A stretch of 58,961 nucleotides of DNA from an uncultured Collinsella sp. (GTDB lineage: Bacteria; Actinomycetota; Coriobacteriia; Coriobacteriales; Coriobacteriaceae), in assembly GCA_900544755.1 (NCBI GenBank), contig UQWQ01000001.1:1-58961 (forward strand), read 5' to 3'. Shown here in pieces: positions 55,955-58,961 of the stretch. How positions within the stretch are numbered: position 1 is the first letter of the stretch; each line of letters opens with the position of its first letter. The notes beneath the pieces were generated by a model. The model was not told the origin of the DNA, ran no database searches, and saw only the letters and a program-made list of their open reading frames with translations. The position numbers were made by a program, and so were the translations under genes.

Positions 55955-56965
55955 ATGGCCAAAGCAAGTGTTCGCGAAATCAGCCGCATCACCGGTTTTT
56001 CGCCTGCGACCGTGTCCAACGCGCTCAACCGCAAGCGCAGCGTGAGCGAGGAGACCGCCAAAGTCATCCTGGAGTGCGCGCAGTCGCTCGGCTATCAGCA
56101 GTCGACGCAGCTCGAGAGCATCCAGTTTGTGCTCGCGCGCAAGACGGGCGCCATCCTGGACGAGAGCACCTTCCATCCCGCGGTTATTGAGGGCGTGGAG
56201 CGCCAGGCGCGTCGCCACGGCATGAGCACGAGCTTTGTCTCGCTCGACTTTAGCGACCTGGACGCCGTGCGTCCGCAGGTCGAGGGCCTGATCGCCGACC
56301 CGTCTGCCGCCATCGTGCTGATGGGTACCGAGCTGGGTGAGGAAGATTACGCCCTGTTCGCCAACGCTGCCGCCCACCTGATCGTGCTCGACAGCTGGAG
56401 CGACCGCCAGTACTTTGATGCCGTAGTCATTGCCAATACCGATTCGGTGCTGCGCGCCGTGGACTACCTTATCGAGAAGGGTCACAGGCAAATCGGCTAT
56501 CTGGCAGGCGATCTTCGTATCCGCAACTTTAAGGATCGCGAGCGCGGCTATCGCCAAGCGCTTGAGGATGCGGACCTCGAGGCCAATCCGGCATGGCACG
56601 TCACGCTGGGCACCACGCTCGAAGGTGCCTATCGCGATATGGGTGCATGGCTCGACAGCGTCTCACGCGACGACCTGCCGACGGCTTTCTTTGCCGAGAA
56701 CGACGTGCTCGCCGTGGGTGCCATGCGCGCGTTCAACGAGCACGGCATTCGCGTGCCCGAGGATGTCTCGATCATCGGCTTTGACGACCTATCTCTGGGC
56801 GCCTTCTCCAACCCGCCACTCACCACGGTGCATGTTCCCAAACACGAGGTGGGCGAGATCGCGGTGCGCCGTCTGGTGGGCAACATCCGCAATCCCAAGA
56901 GCTACACCTGCAAGACAGCCGTATCGACCTATTTTGTCGAGCGCCAGAGCGTGCGCGAGCTCTAG
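55955..56965 (+). CDS. LacI-family transcriptional regulator
   Basis: SVREIS..TGFSPATVS.ALN HTH; ND..A.G, VPEDVSIIGFDD, LTTV. Confidence 0.93.
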   Translation: MAKASVREISRITGFSPATVSNALNRKRSVSEETAKVILECAQSLGYQQSTQLESIQFVLARKTGAILDESTFHPAVIEGVERQARRHGMSTSFVSLDFSDLDAVRPQVEGLIADPSAAIVLMGTELGEEDYALFANAAAHLIVLDSWSDRQYFDAVVIANTDSVLRAVDYLIEKGHRQIGYLAGDLRIRNFKDRERGYRQALEDADLEANPAWHVTLGTTLEGAYRDMGAWLDSVSRDDLPTAFFAENDVLAVGAMRAFNEHGIRVPEDVSIIGFDDLSLGAFSNPPLTTVHVPKHEVGEIAVRRLVGNIRNPKSYTCKTAVSTYFVERQSVREL

Positions 56966-57026
56966 GCGAAAGCGGCATCGCACGCGCCGTGCCAAGATGC
57001 GCGGGGCGGCACGCATAACGTCGTTC

Positions 57027-57056
57027 AAAGAGGGGGTCCTTCGGGGTCCTCTTTTT
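57027..57056 (+). terminator. Intrinsic terminator after the LacI gene
   Basis: AAAGAGGGGGTCC-TTCG-GGGTCCTCTTTTT. Confidence 0.65.
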
Positions 57057-57222
57057 GTTTCCCTTGTATGTTCAGTTTGTTTACATACCGTTTAGGCTGA
57101 TTTCTCTACCGTTTACGAGACTTTCGCGCTAAACTTTTAAACAAAAGAGTAAAACATTTAGTAAACAGAACAAAACGAAACATGCGTCTGTTTACTGAAC
57201 ATGTGACTAGGGGAGGACGTAC

Positions 57223-58623
57223 ATGGACAAGATCAAGCTCGGCTTTGTGCCCACGCGCCGCAGTATCTTTAGCGCGCCGGACGCGATCAAGTATCGCGGT
57301 CTGACGGCTGATCGCCTGCGCGAGATCGGCGTCGAGATTGTGGATATCGACGACATCAACGACGAGGGCCTGCTGTTCGACGACAGCCATATCGCGCCTA
57401 TCGTCGAGAAGTTCCGCGCCGAGGGCGTCGACGGCATCATGCTCTGCCACGCCAACTTTGGTACCGAGTATGTCTGCGCCCGCCTTGCCCGCGAGCTCGG
57501 CTTGCCCGTGCTGCTGTGGGGGCCGCGCGACGAGCGCCCCGAGCCCGACGGCACCCGTCTGCGTGATAGCCAGTGCGGTCTGTTCGCCACCGGCAAGGTC
57601 CTGCGCCGCTTCCAGGTTCCCTTCACCTACATGACCAACTGCCGTCTGACCGATCCCGAGTTCGAGCGCGGTGTCTGGGACTTTTTGGCCGTGTGCAACG
57701 TGGTCAAGACCTTCAAGCACACCCGCATTCTGCAGATGGCCACCCGTCCGTTCGATTTCTGGTCGACCATGTGCAACGAGGGCGAGCTGCTCGAGAAGTT
57801 CAACATCCAGCTTTCGCCCATCCCCATGACCGAGCTTGTCCAGGCCGTGCGCGACGCCCAGGCTGACGAGCAGGCCATGGCAACCATGCTCGCCCACATT
57901 GGTGACAGCTTTGAGATCTGCATCCCCGAGGACAAGGTTCCTGCGGTCGCAGGACTCGCCATTGCCATGAAGCGCCTGGTCGAGAAGTACGGCTGCAACG
58001 CCGGCGCCATCCAGTGCTGGAACGCCCTGCAGGACGAGTTGGGCATTATGCCCTGCGCCGCCAACGCAATCCTCAACGAGATGGGCATCCCCATCGTCTG
58101 CGAGACCGACATCCATGGCGCTATCACCGCGCTGATGGTCGAGGCCGCCGACCTGGGCCGTCACCGCGGCATGTTCGCCGACTGGACCGTGCGCCATCCC
58201 GATAACGAGAACGGCGAGCTGCTGCAGCACTGCGGCCCCTGGCCCTGCAGCTGCGCGGCCGTCAAGCCCAAGCTCACTTACCCGCTGGCTTTCGATCACC
58301 CCGGCGCGCTGACGGCCGAGGCCAAGCACGGCGACCTCACCCTTGCCCGCTTTGACGGCGACAACGGCGAGTACTCGCTGCTGCTGGGTAACGCCCGCGG
58401 CATCGACGGCCCGGCCGGCATGGGCACATACCTGTGGGTCGAGGTCGACAACCTCAAGCGCCTCGAGGCCAAGATCGTCGAGGGTCCCTACATCCACCAC
58501 TGCGTCGCCATTCACGCCAACGTGGTGCCGGTGCTCTACGAGGCGTGCAAGTACATCGGCATTGTCCCCGACCTGTACGACCCCATCGAAGAAGACGTCA
58601 AAGCTTACCTGCGAGGAGAGTAG
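57223..58623 (+). CDS. L-fucose/L-arabinose isomerase-family protein
   Basis: NFGTE, RDSQCG, AIQCW, CETDIHG, HCGP, GPYIHH. Confidence 0.85.
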   Translation: MDKIKLGFVPTRRSIFSAPDAIKYRGLTADRLREIGVEIVDIDDINDEGLLFDDSHIAPIVEKFRAEGVDGIMLCHANFGTEYVCARLARELGLPVLLWGPRDERPEPDGTRLRDSQCGLFATGKVLRRFQVPFTYMTNCRLTDPEFERGVWDFLAVCNVVKTFKHTRILQMATRPFDFWSTMCNEGELLEKFNIQLSPIPMTELVQAVRDAQADEQAMATMLAHIGDSFEICIPEDKVPAVAGLAIAMKRLVEKYGCNAGAIQCWNALQDELGIMPCAANAILNEMGIPIVCETDIHGAITALMVEAADLGRHRGMFADWTVRHPDNENGELLQHCGPWPCSCAAVKPKLTYPLAFDHPGALTAEAKHGDLTLARFDGDNGEYSLLLGNARGIDGPAGMGTYLWVEVDNLKRLEAKIVEGPYIHHCVAIHANVVPVLYEACKYIGIVPDLYDPIEEDVKAYLRGE

Positions 58624-58625
58624 AA

Positions 58626-58961
58626 ATGGCAACTATCGAAGAGCTTGAATCCCTGCGTTGGGACCTTCGCCGCGATTGCGTCGATATCATCATGGCTGGC
58701 GCCGGCGGGCACATCGGCGGCGACATGTCGGTCATCGATGCGCTGATGACCCTCTACGCCAACCACCTCAACATTTCGCCCGAGACCGTCGACGATCCCA
58801 ACCGCGATCGCTTCGTGCTCTCCAAGGGCCACGCCATGGAGGCCTACTACGCGGTGCTCTGCCACGAGGGCTATCTGGACCTCGACGACGTCAAGGCCCG
58901 CTTCTCTAAGTTCGGCAGCCCCTACATCGGCCACCCCAACAACAAGCTCAAGGGCATCGAG
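58626..58961 (+). CDS. Transketolase N-terminal (TPP-binding) region, partial
   Basis: GHIGGDMS, RDRFVLSKGHA, GHP; runs off the window. Confidence 0.9.
   Translation, partial: MATIEELESLRWDLRRDCVDIIMAGAGGHIGGDMSVIDALMTLYANHLNISPETVDDPNRDRFVLSKGHAMEAYYAVLCHEGYLDLDDVKARFSKFGSPYIGHPNNKLKGIE

Overview
GC-rich anaerobic actinobacterial chromosome segment; gene content and codon style look like Coriobacteriia, probably Collinsella (inference). 1-2070 is the end of an integrative element: a C-protein-like XRE regulator, a tyrosine integrase, arm-type repeats and a duplicated tRNA-Met 3' end (att). 2.1-22.4 kb is accessory: a frameshifted Schlafen/AlbA_2-HATPase gene flanked by two copies of an 80-bp-period palindromic array, a long-form bilirubin reductase (HGDR motif), an AAA+/DUF4143 gene behind four 23-bp-phased boxes, and an uncharacterised four-gene operon (three proteins with TasA/CalY-like SipW-class signal peptides plus a ~3615-aa GLUG-type secreted protein with no visible wall anchor). 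The rest is mostly core-type: an Ech-type group 4 [NiFe] hydrogenase with fused EchA-EchB, an LnrJKLMN-like two-component/ABC locus, an FtsX-type ABC cassette flanked by REP-like direct repeats, CorC/MgtE/NRAMP-related Mg transport genes, an OatA-like O-acetyltransferase, ribokinase, nucleoside hydrolase, LacI, a sugar isomerase and the start of a transketolase. Several families of long intergenic inverted repeats recur. No CRISPR-cas, rRNA or complete tRNA was seen. All assignments come from reading motifs by eye; no searches were run.
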